Of a stretch of 64,000 bases of DNA, positions 62,353 to 64,000 are shown in pieces. The position numbers and the translations under genes are program-made. Source of the DNA: an uncultured Verrucomicrobiae bacterium (lineage in GTDB: Bacteria > Verrucomicrobiota > Verrucomicrobiia > Limisphaerales > UBA11358); NCBI GenBank assembly GCA_963714695.1, contig CAVQPQ010000003.1:692493-756492 (forward strand), given 5' to 3'. A model generated the notes under the pieces. It was not told where the DNA came from and did no database searches. It worked only from the letters and a program-made list of their open reading frames with translations. Position 1 is the stretch's first letter. Every line of letters begins with the position of its first letter.

Positions 62353-63597
62353 ATGAAGCCGCCCAGTTTCCTTGCCGTTTCCCTGATGGGCAATCTGGTT
62401 CTGGCCGCCGTCTGGGTGGCCGCGCAGCAGGGGGTAACAGTCAGGACGGATGCCCCAGCATCCGCGACGCCTCCGCCGGCAATTTTGCCGGCGGCAAAAC
62501 TGTCCCCGCTGGCAACCGAAACGCCGGGGATGGGAACTCCTTGGAGCCGGATCGCGTCCGCCGATTACCATCAATACATCGCCAACCTTCGCGCGGTGGG
62601 CTGCCCGGAATGGCTGATTCGCGACCTCATCGTCGCCGCCATTGACGATTCGTATCGGCAAAAAAACAAATCTGATTTGGATTCCTCCCCACCCTGGCTG
62701 GGCGCAAATCAGCGCCGTCAGGCGTCCCGCAGCCGGTCGGCGAAGCTGTTTGCGTTGCGTCTGGAAAAGCGGGCGCTGGTCAAGTCGTTGCTCGGATACG
62801 AATGGGACAGCCAGGCCAATGACATCTGGAATCTGGACCTCCTGACCAGCTTGATGTGGGGGTATTTGCCGGATGACAAGGTCTCCCTGGTGTTGTTGCT
62901 CAAGGACAAATACACCGAAGCCGCGCAAGCCGTCCGGGAAGATGCGAATTACATTTTGATTGACGAGGACCGCGCGCGTTTACAGGCCCTTTATCAGGCG
63001 TTTGAGGCCGATTTATCCGGGCAACTGGACGCGGCGGAACTCGACGAACTCCAGTTGCGGGCGCAGCAGGTCTTTCTGCTGTTCTATGACATTAATTTTG
63101 ACGGCGTCACGATCAGCACCGAGGAATTGCGGGAACTGGTTCGAATGTCAAAACCGTTCAAGGATATGGCGCAGAACGAGTTTATTCCCGATCAGCCCCT
63201 GCCCGAAGAGGAGCAGGCCCGCCGGAAAGCGGCCTTTGAAGCGCAGGTCAAATCCCTGCTTGGCCCGAAACGATTCGCGGACTACCAGCGCGCCCAGGAT
63301 TTTAATTTTCGCCAAACCCTTGCCTTCACCGGGCAGAACCAACTGCCCCAGACCGCCGCGATCAGTGTTTACGAAGCCCGCCGCAACGCGGACGAACAGG
63401 CGGCCGAAATTCAAAAGGACGGCACGCTTTCGCCGGAGGAACGCGCCACGGCACTGGCCGTTCTGAAAGCTGCCACGATGAACACGATTTCGTCGGCGTT
63501 GGGCGGTCATTATCAAGACTATCTACAGGGACCGGGACGATGGCTCGATGCCCTGGCCCAGCCGCTGGAACCGCCAACCCGGAAAGATACGCCATGA
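62353..63597 (+). CDS. hypothetical membrane-anchored protein (paralogous N-terminal motif with next ORF)
   Basis: 414-aa ORF with an N-terminal helix (FLAVSLMGNLVLAAVWVAA) followed by WSRIASADYHQYIANLRAVGCPEWLIRDLIVAAI. Its stop overlaps the next start (ATGA). Confidence 0.6.
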   Translation: MKPPSFLAVSLMGNLVLAAVWVAAQQGVTVRTDAPASATPPPAILPAAKLSPLATETPGMGTPWSRIASADYHQYIANLRAVGCPEWLIRDLIVAAIDDSYRQKNKSDLDSSPPWLGANQRRQASRSRSAKLFALRLEKRALVKSLLGYEWDSQANDIWNLDLLTSLMWGYLPDDKVSLVLLLKDKYTEAAQAVREDANYILIDEDRARLQALYQAFEADLSGQLDAAELDELQLRAQQVFLLFYDINFDGVTISTEELRELVRMSKPFKDMAQNEFIPDQPLPEEEQARRKAAFEAQVKSLLGPKRFADYQRAQDFNFRQTLAFTGQNQLPQTAAISVYEARRNADEQAAEIQKDGTLSPEERATALAVLKAATMNTISSALGGHYQDYLQGPGRWLDALAQPLEPPTRKDTP

Positions 63598-64000
63598 AAC
63601 TGCGCGGACTGGTCTGGTTTTCCACTTTGTTGAATGTGGCGTTCGCCGCCGCCATTTTTCTGTCGGCAAAAAAAACGCCCGCACCGGATCAGGCCGCCGA
63701 AACTTTGCAACCCGCCACCGACATGAGCCGGCCACCCGGGACGGCGACCAGCAATCCCGCGCCAGCCGGACTGCCTTTTCTCTGGAGCCGGATTGCTTCC
63801 GAAGACCTGAACATTTATCGCGACAACCTGCTCGCCATCGGCTGTCCGAAAATCACGATGCGCGAAATCATCCGCGCCGTCATCAACGAACGTTTCCGGG
63901 CGCGCCGCCGGGGCATCCTCGCCTCATTTCAAAGCCGGTACTGGGACATGGTGCTGCGCCGGGAATTGAATGGGCGTCAGAAATTTCCCCGGACAGAATG
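63594..64000 (+). CDS. hypothetical membrane-anchored protein, partial (runs off the window)
   Basis: Hand translation from the ATG at 63594 gives MKLRGLVWFSTLLNVAFAAAIFLSAKK...LWSRIASEDLNIYRDNLLAIGCPKITMREIIRAVI. This is the same motif as the preceding gene. No stop occurs before 64000. Confidence 0.5.
   Translation, partial: MKLRGLVWFSTLLNVAFAAAIFLSAKKTPAPDQAAETLQPATDMSRPPGTATSNPAPAGLPFLWSRIASEDLNIYRDNLLAIGCPKITMREIIRAVINERFRARRRGILASFQSRYWDMVLRRELNGRQKFPRTE

Overview
This is a GC-rich bacterial chromosomal window (roughly 60% GC by eye) with several clearly lower-GC patches. The gene content suggests a Verrucomicrobiota/Planctomycetota-like organism: a PEP-CTERM protein, a Y_Y_Y propeller sensor kinase, many secreted glycoside hydrolases, and abundant REP-like intergenic palindromes. 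That taxonomic call is inference only. All family assignments come from motifs read in the supplied translations; no database search was possible.

Content in order:
1. 90-8082 (minus strand): a nine-gene respiratory operon. It encodes two small monoheme cytochromes flanking an outer-membrane porin, a GltD-like NAD(P)H flavoprotein with ferredoxin motifs, a Rieske protein, cytochrome b, a hexaheme cytochrome c and a membrane-anchored monoheme cytochrome c.
2. 8282-9804: a 1.4 kb insertion at the 3' end of ribBA, flanked by a 71-nt duplication of the ribBA coding end. It carries a small-ORF/nucleotidyltransferase-like pair and a DUF2971 fragment.
3. 9723-12324: ribBA, a C12 tract in its divergent intergenic region, and an orphan cytosolic histidine kinase.
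4. 12381-14401: a low-GC pair of a PEP-CTERM protein and a NIDO-like secreted protein.
5. 14662-17399: lptD and a DUF486 membrane protein.
6. 17396-19880: a decayed low-GC island with antitoxin-like and HNH-related fragments and a composite inverted repeat.
7. 19886-20659: hisF.
8. 20834-26809: a seven-gene envelope lipoprotein cluster (CsgG/LpoB-like, PEGA, COG3014-like, YcfL-like, LpoB-like, glycine-zipper proteins).
9. 26895-31130: a truncated tRNA-Leu(CAA) 5' half, followed by a patchy segment with a NarL-type two-component pair, a Pro/Thr-rich lipoprotein and an IS200-type tnpA remnant.
10. 31132-59972: a large glycan-utilisation region whose enzyme set fits xyloglucan. It contains xylA, a BspA-like LRR protein, a GH31 with PA14 insert, a GH3, two GH2s (one frameshifted), a 1017-aa clan GH-A-like multidomain protein, a GH12-like protein and a Y_Y_Y sensor kinase with a LuxR-type regulator. 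It also holds two paralogous ~635-aa secreted proteins of unknown family, each just downstream of a GH2 gene.
11. 60145-64000: a TPR lipoprotein and two tandem paralogous hypothetical proteins.

The most interesting candidates are the flavoprotein-linked Rieske/cytochrome b operon with its embedded porin, the paralogous unknown proteins in the glycan locus, the ribBA 3'-end duplication, and the truncated tRNA boundary.
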